Below are positions 9,064 through 17,319 of a stretch of DNA of 47,568 bases, one piece after another. Location: positions 1 through 47,568 of the IMG/VR virus record IMGVR_UViG_3300020045_005258, one strand, 5' to 3'. The stretch is from a virus (Duplodnaviria; Caudoviricetes). The notes beneath the pieces were generated by a model. That model did not search any database. It was not told the origin of the DNA and saw only the letters and a list, made by a program, of their open reading frames with translations. A program made the position numbers and the translations under genes. Within the stretch, counting starts at the first letter, position 1, and every line of letters starts with the position of its first letter.

Positions 9064-9276
9064 TTACAATTTGCAGTTAATTTCAACTGATTCTACGTAG
9101 CTTTTATGATACTCTGAACCAATTACAAAAGAATTCCTTGTATTCACAGAAATACTCACTTCAGTAATTCCAGTTTCTTTTTGGAATTCACTCAGGATAT
9201 TTTGAATAATCAAATAGAGCTTATTCTCTGATTCTCTTTTGTAAGTCCTAATATCTTCTATCTCATTTTGGTACAT
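9064..9276 (-). CDS. hypothetical protein
   Basis: 70-aa ORF, AAAGGA RBS. Confidence 0.7.
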   Translation of the reverse strand: MYQNEIEDIRTYKRESENKLYLIIQNILSEFQKETGITEVSISVNTRNSFVIGSEYHKSYVESVEINCKL

Positions 9277-9285
9277 GATGTTCCT

Positions 9286-9429
9286 TTAAAGTAAAGATTG
9301 GGTTATTTGTGGTTTATTGCTAAGAACTCTTTTGCAGAATTCAGGAATGATATCAGTGTACTGTAGTTCTTTCAATGGAGTAAGTTGATTGCTTAAAGTC
9401 GGAAAGGGCCAATGTGTAGTTGTGTTCAT
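9286..9429 (-). CDS. hypothetical protein (47 aa)
   Basis: MNTTTHWPFP..., AAGGA RBS. Confidence 0.55.
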   Translation of the reverse strand: MNTTTHWPFPTLSNQLTPLKELQYTDIIPEFCKRVLSNKPQITQSLL

Positions 9430-9461
9430 ACTTCCTTATTTGATTTTAAATGCTTGCAGAA

Positions 9462-9698
9462 TTATTCAGGAAAATCCGGTAAATGCATCCAATGAGTAAC
9501 TTTAGTTAACCGCCACCATCGAGAGCAACTACTTACCCAAGTAAAAGTTCCATCATCTGAGTCCTGTTTTAAGTAAGCGACTAATTGAGAGTACCCAGTA
9601 CATACAAGCACTGGTTCTGACAATGAATCGTAAGTAAATTCACCTTTCTTAACAAGAGGTAATTCTTCATCTGTACTGATCCATTTGTTTGTATTCAT
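9462..9698 (-). CDS. DUF551-like protein
   Basis: WISTDEELP...VTHWMHLPDFP signature; start MNTNKW. Confidence 0.75.
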   Translation of the reverse strand: MNTNKWISTDEELPLVKKGEFTYDSLSEPVLVCTGYSQLVAYLKQDSDDGTFTWVSSCSRWWRLTKVTHWMHLPDFPE

Positions 9699-9735
9699 AT
9701 TCTCTTTCTTGAATGTTTTAGGAATACCTACAGAA

Positions 9736-10263
9736 TTATTTCCTGTAGAACTCGTGATTCTTAATTGTAGCATCAATCCTAAGTACTTTAGACCACTTTG
9801 GATTAACTTTCTTTGTTTTGTACCAAAGCGCATCTTTACTCACTCCAGAACCCATCAAGAATGCACTAGGATCGCTTGTAATCGCTTTAAACGCTACGGT
9901 AGCTGCATTGGTACTGCTGAGTGCTTCTAATGCATTCAAGGGCTTCCTATGGGTTCTCTGTGGCATTGCTTGTCCTTTCTTTAAGTGATTTCTATAACTG
10001 AATTGAAATGGAGCATGAATGATAGCACAAATACCCTTCCCTTGCACCCTAGAACGATTCAGGATCACTTGAGCTACAGCTTTCATTCCTTGTGTACCTT
10101 CAGACCTGCTCTCATACCAGAGTGCTTCTGTCATGCAAAAAACCTCTTGTTTGATCTTGATGATCTCTACTTGGGATAAGAAAGGGGGTTGAAGATGCAC
10201 TAGAGGTAAAATCCAGAATAAGAATAGAAATGCTACAGAATATTTCAGGGAATTCCAGTTCAA
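9736..10263 (-). CDS. cell wall hydrolase, SleB/Hydrolase_2 family
   Basis: N-terminal hydrophobic anchor; CMTEALWYESRSE, AVAQVILNR, QFS and NHEFY motifs. Confidence 0.85.
   Translation of the reverse strand: MNWNSLKYSVAFLFLFWILPLVHLQPPFLSQVEIIKIKQEVFCMTEALWYESRSEGTQGMKAVAQVILNRSRVQGKGICAIIHAPFQFSYRNHLKKGQAMPQRTHRKPLNALEALSSTNAATVAFKAITSDPSAFLMGSGVSKDALWYKTKKVNPKWSKVLRIDATIKNHEFYRK
9843..9965. other. phased two-armed DNA element inside the hydrolase gene
   Basis: about 10-11-bp phased steps; CTAGGATCGCTT (9866-9877) is the exact reverse complement of 46739-46750. Confidence 0.45.
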
Positions 10264-10769
10264 TCTTTCAGTACTTTCTTAAGTTCTGTGAGTGCATCCT
10301 CCGCCTGCATCCCACCGTTTATCTGATTACTATATGGCAAATCTTTGTAGAGTCGCTGTAACGCATCCCACGCTAGCTTTGCAGCTTCCTTTAGTTCATT
10401 GTTCTCTTTTATTAGGTTTTTGATAGTTTTTGCTTGTTGGCTTACTGCAAAGTAGCACTTGCGTTTTTCCTCATACGCTTCTTGCAATTGATTGCGCAAC
10501 TCTGGGATGCTGTGCTCCTCACTTGTTAGTTCAGTGATTCTATCTTGTAGATCATCACGCTCTTTTGTGAGTGCCTCGACTTCAGCATCGAGCAAGATAA
10601 CATTTGCGAGGTACGCATCGCACTTGGCTTGCAGCACTGCGGTTTCGGGTGGGGCTGCGTAGAGTGGCTCCCACGATTTAGCAAAGGCTCTACCTATAGG
10701 GTCAGCTTTGCAGAATTGATCCGCCTTTGGCATCCAATAAGCAACAGGTTTTTGTTGATCTTTACTCAT
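10260..10769 (-). CDS. coiled-coil hypothetical protein
   Basis: PVAYW...LYAAP module plus heptad region. Confidence 0.75.
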   Translation of the reverse strand: MSKDQQKPVAYWMPKADQFCKADPIGRAFAKSWEPLYAAPPETAVLQAKCDAYLANVILLDAEVEALTKERDDLQDRITELTSEEHSIPELRNQLQEAYEEKRKCYFAVSQQAKTIKNLIKENNELKEAAKLAWDALQRLYKDLPYSNQINGGMQAEDALTELKKVLKD

Positions 10770-11089
10770 TTTTTACCTTTCAAATAAATAGGAAATGCAC
10801 AGCAAGTACCACCGATTCGTTTAGCTTCTGCTTTAGACTCAAGTTCAGCGTAAGGACCTTTAAGTACTGAGCTTGATCCTTCAACCATCCAACCAAATAG
10901 CTCTTGCTTATGTACTGCTTTTACTGACTTACGTCCAGCTAACCAAGCCATGTACAACCAGTACTCATGGCGATCATCTAAATCGTTAGGTTCATGCTGC
11001 TCTAACTCTTCATCATCTTTCCAGTACCACTCAAGGAACTCTTGGTGGCTCTCTGCGTGCTCTTTTGATTCGTATTGTAATAAGATCAT
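10766..11089 (-). CDS. hypothetical protein
   Basis: 107-aa ORF, AAAGGT RBS. Confidence 0.75.
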   Translation of the reverse strand: MILLQYESKEHAESHQEFLEWYWKDDEELEQHEPNDLDDRHEYWLYMAWLAGRKSVKAVHKQELFGWMVEGSSSVLKGPYAELESKAEAKRIGGTCCAFPIYLKGKK

Positions 11090-11105
11090 ATTTACCTTTC
11101 TGTTG

Positions 11106-11312
11106 TTAAGCTTCGAACTCTTCTTTTAAAGCAAGGAACTGCTTGTACCGTTCATCCCTTGATACTTCAGCATCAAAGAGGTAGAGCCTTAGTGAGTCCA
11201 TGACAGTCTCTGCAATATCAGCTTCTGTAGTGTACCACTCGTCGCTTGTTGAGTTGTCTTTAGATGCAATGAAGTCATCTGCTATTTTATTGAATTCTTG
11301 TAAAGTGATCAT
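11106..11312 (-). CDS. hypothetical protein
   Basis: 68-aa ORF; upstream CAGAAAGGTAAATATGAT identical to the neighbouring gene. Confidence 0.75.
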   Translation of the reverse strand: MITLQEFNKIADDFIASKDNSTSDEWYTTEADIAETVMDSLRLYLFDAEVSRDERYKQFLALKEEFEA

Positions 11313-11329
11313 ATTTACCTTTCTGTTAA

Positions 11330-11542
11330 TTACTCAGTGCAAAGAATTGTATCTACAACTTGTTTTGCATTGTACAAACTAAGATTATACTGTTCTCTGA
11401 TAAATTCGATAGCTTTTACTTTATCTTCTCTGAAGTTCAAGATTAGAGCATATTCTGCATGTGTGATATCAATCACATCCTCTTTCACTGGATAAGCTAC
11501 AGTGACCAATTGATTTGACATGTGTTTTGTTACTTTTGGCAT
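11330..11542 (-). CDS. ribosomal protein bL12 C-terminal-domain-like protein
   Basis: KVKAIEFIREQYNLSLYNAKQVVD resembles the bL12 motif KI.AIK.VR..TGLGLKEAK..VE; AAGGA RBS. Confidence 0.5.
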   Translation of the reverse strand: MPKVTKHMSNQLVTVAYPVKEDVIDITHAEYALILNFREDKVKAIEFIREQYNLSLYNAKQVVDTILCTE

Positions 11543-11575
11543 AAAGTTCCTTAGTTGATTTGTTGCGATGAACGA

Positions 11576-11584
11576 ATCTTAGCA
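11576..11584 (-). promoter_or_regulatory. extended -10 promoter of the leftward operon
   Basis: TGCTAAGAT on the minus strand 34 nt upstream of ATG 11542. Confidence 0.55.
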
Positions 11585-11687
11585 CAATCAATCCAGATTC
11601 CAGCACGTATCCCGGAATTCTTTTCAATTCCTTGCAGAAATATTTCCTGTTACATCCTTGATTACACATGAAGTCAAGGAATGGTAC

Positions 11688-11716
11688 TTGCAAAGACACT
11701 TCCTGTGATGTACAAT
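11688..11716 (+). promoter_or_regulatory. sigma70 promoter upstream of the structured RNA
   Basis: TTGCAA-17 nt-TACAAT. Confidence 0.75.
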
Positions 11717-11722
11717 GCGGTT

Positions 11723-12013
11723 AACGGATGAACAAAACTTCTGTACTAGGGGTCAGTGGATGCTGACCTTGAATGCGATTCATAGAGCTTCGCTGTACTA
11801 GGTTCCTGTAGTAATACAAGGAAATGAATGAAGTAGTGACTTGAGCCAATTAGTCACCTCCTACGTAAGATGTGAAGCAATTCATTCTATGAGCGTAAGG
11901 GCTGAAGGAAACTTCAGAAATCATAGAGCTTGTCAGAAACCTCAGAGAATGATGTACTGAAAGTAAGCTCCTGCCTAAAGAAAGCCTTTGTTGCTCTCTA
12001 AGGGCAGAGGCTT
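11723..12013 (+). ncRNA. candidate large structured non-coding RNA (~290 nt), class unknown
   Basis: no ORF of 60 aa or more; abutting stems with GUAA and GAAA tetraloops directly after a consensus promoter. Confidence 0.6.
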
Positions 12014-12171
12014 ATCTAAATTTCCTAGAGAATCACTAAAGAGATACCTTAAGTAGTACTTTAAGCAATCTTACAGTGACTTCAGAGTACCCTAAGATAA
12101 ATTCTTAGATGGTGAATCAGTAAGACAGAACTGTGCTACACTTCATTCACCTTAACTTAATGAAAGAAACC

Positions 12172-12573
12172 ATGAATAAACGCATCAAGATTCTCCTTAC
12201 TGCTTTAACCCTTTCAGTTGCTGCTTTAGTATCTGGTTGTGGAAGTGATGCAGACATTGCTTCTCGTAATCTATCTAAGTCCGCTGATCAGTTCGAAGTC
12301 AATCGAAGGATTGTCTTCTACAATGGAATCACAGGTGAATACATGCTAACAATACAAGGGTTGTGCTCACTGGGTAACACTGATACATCACAAAGGCTTT
12401 CAGTTACCTGCAAGATAAGCCCTTCGGAGTACAAGAAGCATTTCCTTGGATTGTCCGATAATGTAAGTTTTATCGTGGAACAGCTTGAACCAAACAAAGT
12501 AAGTGCTTATCATTACAAGGTGTTGTTTAAGCCACAATCAATCATTCCTGATGTGGATTTGTTAGTTAAATAA
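12172..12573 (+). CDS. conserved phage lipoprotein
   Basis: signal peptide with lipobox VSGC; SRNLSKSADQFEVNRRIVFYNGIT and YKKHFLGLSDNV motifs. Confidence 0.8.
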   Translation: MNKRIKILLTALTLSVAALVSGCGSDADIASRNLSKSADQFEVNRRIVFYNGITGEYMLTIQGLCSLGNTDTSQRLSVTCKISPSEYKKHFLGLSDNVSFIVEQLEPNKVSAYHYKVLFKPQSIIPDVDLLVK

Positions 12574-12581
12574 GGAAAAGA

Positions 12582-12815
12582 ATGAATTTACCTTTACCTA
12601 AGTTCAATCAGCATCTTTATACAGCAGATGAAGTGCTCGAATTGTGCGAGGCAGCCCGTTCAGTTGCACTTAAAGAAGTTGTAGAATTGCTAAAAGAAAT
12701 AGAAGCTGGATACGGTGTTACAGATAGAGGATTATCAGATGAAGAATACAAAAGAATGAAACAAACAGCTAGAGAGCATTGTGTTCATATTAAACGATTG
12801 GAAGCTAAAGAATGA
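12582..12815 (+). CDS. hypothetical protein
   Basis: 77-aa ORF with RBS; N-terminus similar to 13177 ORF. Confidence 0.7.
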   Translation: MNLPLPKFNQHLYTADEVLELCEAARSVALKEVVELLKEIEAGYGVTDRGLSDEEYKRMKQTAREHCVHIKRLEAKE

Positions 12816-13180
12816 CACGTATAAACCTAATTGACCCTTCTTTACTTCACAATAAGCACTTAGTAGCTGAGTACAGAGAAATCGTAAGAGTCTTTGCATT
12901 AGCTCGTAAGTCTCAAGATGAAATGCACAAGAAGAAAGTTCCTAATGAGTACACCCTAGGTACTGGTCATGTTTTATTCTTCTTTTCTCGATTGACCTTT
13001 ATTTCAAAACGATATGATTCACTGTGCAATGAAATGCAGAATCGAGGGTATACTTGCAATCGTGTACCAAAGGAAGAACTCCACAAAGGAATTGACAAGC
13101 ACATGTTTTGGGATTACACTCCAACAGAAGCTGCAATTAAATTAAACACTGATCGTATAAATGAAAGGTTAATGAAATGA
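12812..13180 (+). CDS. denV: pyrimidine-dimer DNA glycosylase / endonuclease V
   Basis: MTRINL, HLVAEYREIVRV, LGTGHVLFF motifs of T4 DenV. Confidence 0.9.
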   Translation: MTRINLIDPSLLHNKHLVAEYREIVRVFALARKSQDEMHKKKVPNEYTLGTGHVLFFFSRLTFISKRYDSLCNEMQNRGYTCNRVPKEELHKGIDKHMFWDYTPTEAAIKLNTDRINERLMK

Positions 13181-13635
13181 GCTTACCTGTACTCACATCA
13201 CTTATCAATGATGGTATTTACACCGTCGAACAAATGAAAGCCTTCGTTCAGCAATGTCGAAAAGCAGCACTGAACGAAGTAATTGATTTAGTAAAGGTAC
13301 TAAAAGATAACAGCACAGATTACATATTGGATCGTTTAATGGATATAATTCATGAAACAAATGAAGATCAAAGAGAACTCATGAGTCAAATGCAAGCACA
13401 GCAGCAAGAGATTAATGAGTTAAAAGCCAAGCAAGTACGTATGTTGGAAGCCAATGCTCGTGAAATCGAAAGCATAGAGTGCGATTACACAGATCAAGTG
13501 CTGCGGGCAGTTAAAGCAGAGGAAAAGCTAGCGCAGCAAGTAGCAGTGACTGTGCCGCTGAGTGATTTTGAAATGCCACCTGCTTTTGGCGAAATACAGT
13601 ACCAGCGCCCATCGGGTCAATGGGGGCGCGTGTAG
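13177..13635 (+). CDS. mosaic coiled-coil hypothetical protein
   Basis: 152-aa ORF; ends at a TAG in frame with the next ORF. Confidence 0.7.
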   Translation: MSLPVLTSLINDGIYTVEQMKAFVQQCRKAALNEVIDLVKVLKDNSTDYILDRLMDIIHETNEDQRELMSQMQAQQQEINELKAKQVRMLEANAREIESIECDYTDQVLRAVKAEEKLAQQVAVTVPLSDFEMPPAFGEIQYQRPSGQWGRV

Positions 13636-13707
13636 CCCTCCACGCGCAATCAGATGCGGGACGCTTACGAGGCCGGAATGAATGACAAGGCGCAGCAAGT
13701 AGCAGTG
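13531..13707 (+). repeat. 18-bp direct repeat GCGCAGCAAGTAGCAGTG
   Basis: copies at 13531-13548 and 13690-13707, 159 bp apart. Confidence 0.9.
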
Positions 13708-13932
13708 CCTGACTTGTTTTGGAACGACAATGACGCGGAGAAATGCCATCACAGTATCGGCGAACTTCTAAACGATGAAATCTGCAACGGTTCGCTTGAT
13801 GTTGGGGAGTTACTCACTATCCGGCGAGCAGTAAGTATCCCAAAAATCACGATACGCATTGTAAGCATTGATGACGAAGAATGTGATGCGGAATATGAAA
13901 TCGTTGAGACAGCCCAAGGAGAAAAGCCATGA
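13654..13932 (+). CDS. hypothetical protein (probable 3' part of a split gene)
   Basis: same frame as 13177 ORF, no clear RBS. Confidence 0.5.
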   Translation: MRDAYEAGMNDKAQQVAVPDLFWNDNDAEKCHHSIGELLNDEICNGSLDVGELLTIRRAVSIPKITIRIVSIDDEECDAEYEIVETAQGEKP

Positions 13933-14501
13933 TGCTATACACTTCTGACTTACACTTCAGTCATAAACGAATCACTGAATTCACTGCACGTAAACTATTC
14001 ACTTCACCCGAAGAACACGATAATTGGCTAAGGGATATTTGGAATTCTCAAGTAACCAAGCATGATACCGTTACGCATCTTGGGGATTTCTCATTCAGTA
14101 CAAAGTACGAGGAAGTAGCTGAGTTCATTAGTTCATTGAATGGACAGAAGCGAATGATTAAAGGTAATCATGACAGATCAGAGATTCTACAGAGACTCAA
14201 GGACGATAATCTAATTCAGAATTGGAGTCACTACGAAGAAACTAAGATCAATCAAGTACCTGTAGTGCTGTTTCATTTTCCTATTTTATCTTGGCATAAG
14301 CAAGGGTATGGTTCAATTTCACTATTCGGGCATTGTCATGGTTCTTTAGTGCCAGAGAAAGGATTATGCTTAGATGTAGGACTGGATTCAGCGTATAATA
14401 TCCTTGGTTCTCATAGGTTCTTCACTGAAGATGACATCAGTAAGTATATGAAAACACGAAGCATTAACATCAATGATCACCATAAATTAAAGGAGAAATA
14501 A
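13929..14501 (+). CDS. calcineurin-like metallophosphoesterase
   Basis: SDLHFSH, LGDF, GNHD and FGHCH motifs. Confidence 0.9.
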   Translation: MMLYTSDLHFSHKRITEFTARKLFTSPEEHDNWLRDIWNSQVTKHDTVTHLGDFSFSTKYEEVAEFISSLNGQKRMIKGNHDRSEILQRLKDDNLIQNWSHYEETKINQVPVVLFHFPILSWHKQGYGSISLFGHCHGSLVPEKGLCLDVGLDSAYNILGSHRFFTEDDISKYMKTRSININDHHKLKEK

Positions 14502-14502
14502 A

Positions 14503-14850
14503 ATGAAAGATCAAGAACTACTAGAGCTTGCGGCTAAGGCTGCGGGGGTTGCTGACCTTGAATGCGGGACATTTGGCCTCTATCGTGTGATTGGAGTGCA
14601 TGACGATGGCGCAAAGTGCATGGTCGAATGGAACCCCCTTCTGGATGACGGTGACGCTTTTAGATTAGCTACTACTTTATCTATTTGTATTAAGTTTCAT
14701 TATTGCTTAGATGATGCACCAATTGTTTCTTGTGGTTTTACCGATGACGAAGATAATTGGATTACTTTACCTAATTTTCCTGATCCGAATAAAAGTACAC
14801 GTAGAGCAATTGTGGAATTTGCTGCTAGAATTGGAAGTAACTATAAATGA
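14503..14850 (+). CDS. hypothetical phage protein
   Basis: LLELAAKAAG...WNPLLDDGDAFRLA...TRRAIV pattern. Confidence 0.8.
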   Translation: MKDQELLELAAKAAGVADLECGTFGLYRVIGVHDDGAKCMVEWNPLLDDGDAFRLATTLSICIKFHYCLDDAPIVSCGFTDDEDNWITLPNFPDPNKSTRRAIVEFAARIGSNYK

Positions 14851-15044
14851 ACCTAAACATAAAGAACATCAAAAAGAACTACAAGCTCTCCTTCAGTAAC
14901 CAGCAAGAACTAGGTGATTTACTTATCAAGATGGATGCTAAGAATCTTTCATTAGAAGCTGTAGTGTTCTTAGCGTTTGAGCTAGGTGTATCATCTATGC
15001 AACAAGAAGACAAAAGAAAGTTACCTAAGTTGCTCATGAAGTGA
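14847..15044 (+). CDS. hypothetical protein
   Basis: 65-aa ORF, ATGA overlap. Confidence 0.65.
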   Translation: MNLNIKNIKKNYKLSFSNQQELGDLLIKMDAKNLSLEAVVFLAFELGVSSMQQEDKRKLPKLLMK

Positions 15045-15094
15045 AAATACAGGGTGTAGAATTAAGTCCTATTTAAAATGAACGAAAGGTTAAC

Positions 15095-16273
15095 ATGAAT
15101 TCACAATCAGATATTAAAGATCAACAACTTATCCGTGATCTACGTCTGGAAAACAAAGCACTTGAAAGGAATAACCAAATGCTTAAAGTAGAGTTAGATA
15201 ATCAACTAAAGGATTACGGGTATCTTTCGGATTGTCTTGAGAATGAACTAAGCAAGTCCAATACTCTTATTGAAAAGAACAAAGCTCTAGTAAATAACTG
15301 CCATTTTCTTGACGCTGAGTACACTAAGAGAAAATTCGTTTTACTTCAGGATAATCAAAATCTTAAGTCAGTAATAGCCCAACAGTCCAAAGACTACACT
15401 TTACTTTTAGATACTCTTAATCATGAAGTAAAGAATTCAAATGATTTAGCAAGTACCGTAGATAAACTACGTTCTGACGCTGGGACTATCAGAGAAAAGA
15501 TGAGGAAGTATTTCAGGGAAAATCAAGAATCTAAAAGTAAACTAATCAATGAAATTAAAGAGTTAAGAGAAGAAGTACAACGTTTATCCATCTTGGCTGT
15601 ATCTTCTAGTACTGTAGTTAAATATGCATCTGAAAATAAAGCTGACTTAACTCAATCCGAGATTGACTTCTTGAAGAGCTATTTGAGCCTTTGCCTGACA
15701 GAAGCAGCAGAAGATATTACTTTACTGAAAGAGGATGCCAAGTACTACAAAGGTAAAAGCGCTGCTTTGTCTGAAGCGTGCCATAAGAAAGCACAGAAAC
15801 TCAAAAAGAAAGCTAAGGTACTTTCAGGCATCCAGAGTAAGCTAAAGAAAACAGTACTGAATCGAAAGGTTCAATCTGCACCTCAAGTAAACCAAGAAGG
15901 TTACGAAGGACATAAACGAGCATGGATTGCAGTATGCGATGCAATTGAAGTTTACTACCCGCAGTTCCTTAGCGAAAGTGGAACAGGAATTGAATGCGCT
16001 GTACGAGAAATTCATAAATTAGGTAAAGCACAAGAAAAGAACTTGGATTCATCAGTTGACATTGAATTATTAACTCAGCAATCAGACGCTTGGTACGCTG
16101 TGAGTGCTGCAATACAACAGTACATCCCTGATATGTACCGAAATAATGAATTAACTGGAACAGAGTGCGCTGTAGAAGCAGTTCATATGTTGGGTAAATC
16201 CAATGAACAATGGAATAAACTACAGACTGAACTACAGAATATTATGACTCTTAATTTGAAGGGTATTAAGTAA
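15095..16273 (+). CDS. long coiled-coil protein with a duplicated C-terminal module
   Basis: heptad-rich first 260 aa; AW.AV..AI...TG.ECAV...H.LGK occurs twice. Confidence 0.8.
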   Translation: MNSQSDIKDQQLIRDLRLENKALERNNQMLKVELDNQLKDYGYLSDCLENELSKSNTLIEKNKALVNNCHFLDAEYTKRKFVLLQDNQNLKSVIAQQSKDYTLLLDTLNHEVKNSNDLASTVDKLRSDAGTIREKMRKYFRENQESKSKLINEIKELREEVQRLSILAVSSSTVVKYASENKADLTQSEIDFLKSYLSLCLTEAAEDITLLKEDAKYYKGKSAALSEACHKKAQKLKKKAKVLSGIQSKLKKTVLNRKVQSAPQVNQEGYEGHKRAWIAVCDAIEVYYPQFLSESGTGIECAVREIHKLGKAQEKNLDSSVDIELLTQQSDAWYAVSAAIQQYIPDMYRNNELTGTECAVEAVHMLGKSNEQWNKLQTELQNIMTLNLKGIK

Positions 16274-16286
16274 TAGAACTAAAGGA

Positions 16287-16320
16287 ACCTGAATTATCCC
16301 AGCGGTAGTTCAGGTTTTTT
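16287..16320 (+). terminator. rho-independent terminator
   Basis: AACCTGAATTATC/GGTAGTTCAGGTT stem plus T tract. Confidence 0.75.
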
Positions 16321-16343
16321 GTATTTATGGAGTACAATCAAGC

Positions 16344-16682
16344 ATGAGTAGAAAATTTATACTAATCAGTAAAACATTTGATAAGCGCAAGCGACAAATA
16401 TCAATGGGGCAAAATTCGTACTCCAAGACATCCCCTGTAATGAAATCCATAGGTGAAAGAATCGGTGTACCTTTCAAGGAGTACCTTCACGCTGAGACAT
16501 TAGCACTCCTTAGATGCAAGGATAAAGTACCGTATCTATTGACAGTAGAACGCTACGACACCGAAGGTAACATGAAGCTAAGTAAACCTTGCGCCATCTG
16601 CGAAGAGGCCATGAGAATATGGGGTGTTTCTATAGTACGCTATACTACTGATAATGGATGGGTAGAGGAAAGATTGAAATAA
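16344..16682 (+). CDS. cytidine-deaminase-fold zinc protein
   Basis: HAE and SKPCAIC motifs. Confidence 0.75.
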   Translation: MSRKFILISKTFDKRKRQISMGQNSYSKTSPVMKSIGERIGVPFKEYLHAETLALLRCKDKVPYLLTVERYDTEGNMKLSKPCAICEEAMRIWGVSIVRYTTDNGWVEERLK

Positions 16683-16697
16683 CTAAGAAAGGATAAT

Positions 16698-16895
16698 ATG
16701 AAAGTTTATGTTGTTACTTTGCACCGCTGGTACGATTATGAAGGAACTGAAAGTTCTGTATTTGGTATTTTCACAAATGAGAAGTTAGCGGAGGAGTATA
16801 TTGAATTACATAAAGATATGAAAGTAACTGATAAATACTTCAGCGTTTCATTTTTAGTAGAAATTCACGAGGTACTAGATGGCATCACAGAATGA
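16698..16895 (+). CDS. hypothetical protein
   Basis: MKVYVV...VFGIF...AEEY small phage family; similar to 23222 ORF. Confidence 0.75.
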   Translation: MKVYVVTLHRWYDYEGTESSVFGIFTNEKLAEEYIELHKDMKVTDKYFSVSFLVEIHEVLDGITE

Positions 16896-17319
16896 TCTAG
16901 ATGAAGTATACATGGGTACTGCTTTGCTTCATGCAGGGCTCAGTAAGGCCATCAGAGCTAAGGTAGGGGCTGTTCTAGTAACAAAGGTAGGGATCACTCT
17001 CAGTAGCTTCAACGGAACCGCTACAGGGCTTCCTAATGAATGCGAAGATACCTTAGAAGATGGTTCTTTAGTCACCAAGAATCACGTAATTCACAGTGAG
17101 TTGAACTGCATCATCAAAGCAGCTAAAGAGGGTGTATCAGTTACAGGAAGTACAATCTACACAACGCTTAGTCCGTGTTGTGCGTGCAGTGCATTACTGA
17201 TACAAGCTGGAGTAGAAAGAGTAGTTTATCTCAAGGAATACAGAGATAAAACAGGGATTAACCTTCTAAAATCTGCTAGAATTAAAGTAGATAAGTTTAA
17301 TAAGGAGTTAAATAAATGA
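16879..17319 (+). CDS. dCMP deaminase
   Basis: KVGAVLV, FNGT, HSELN and LSPCCAC motifs. Confidence 0.9.
   Translation: MASQNDLDEVYMGTALLHAGLSKAIRAKVGAVLVTKVGITLSSFNGTATGLPNECEDTLEDGSLVTKNHVIHSELNCIIKAAKEGVSVTGSTIYTTLSPCCACSALLIQAGVERVVYLKEYRDKTGINLLKSARIKVDKFNKELNK

Noticed and set aside
11895-11970. Hammerhead ribozyme or tmRNA identity for the structured RNA
   Set aside because: There is no CUGANGA core with a matching GAAA/NUH junction, and no T-arm, CCA end or tag ORF.
10260-14850. Betaproteobacterial host assignment from small-gene motifs and GC-rich patches
   Set aside because: Suggestive only; the sequence firmly supports just a Gram-negative host.
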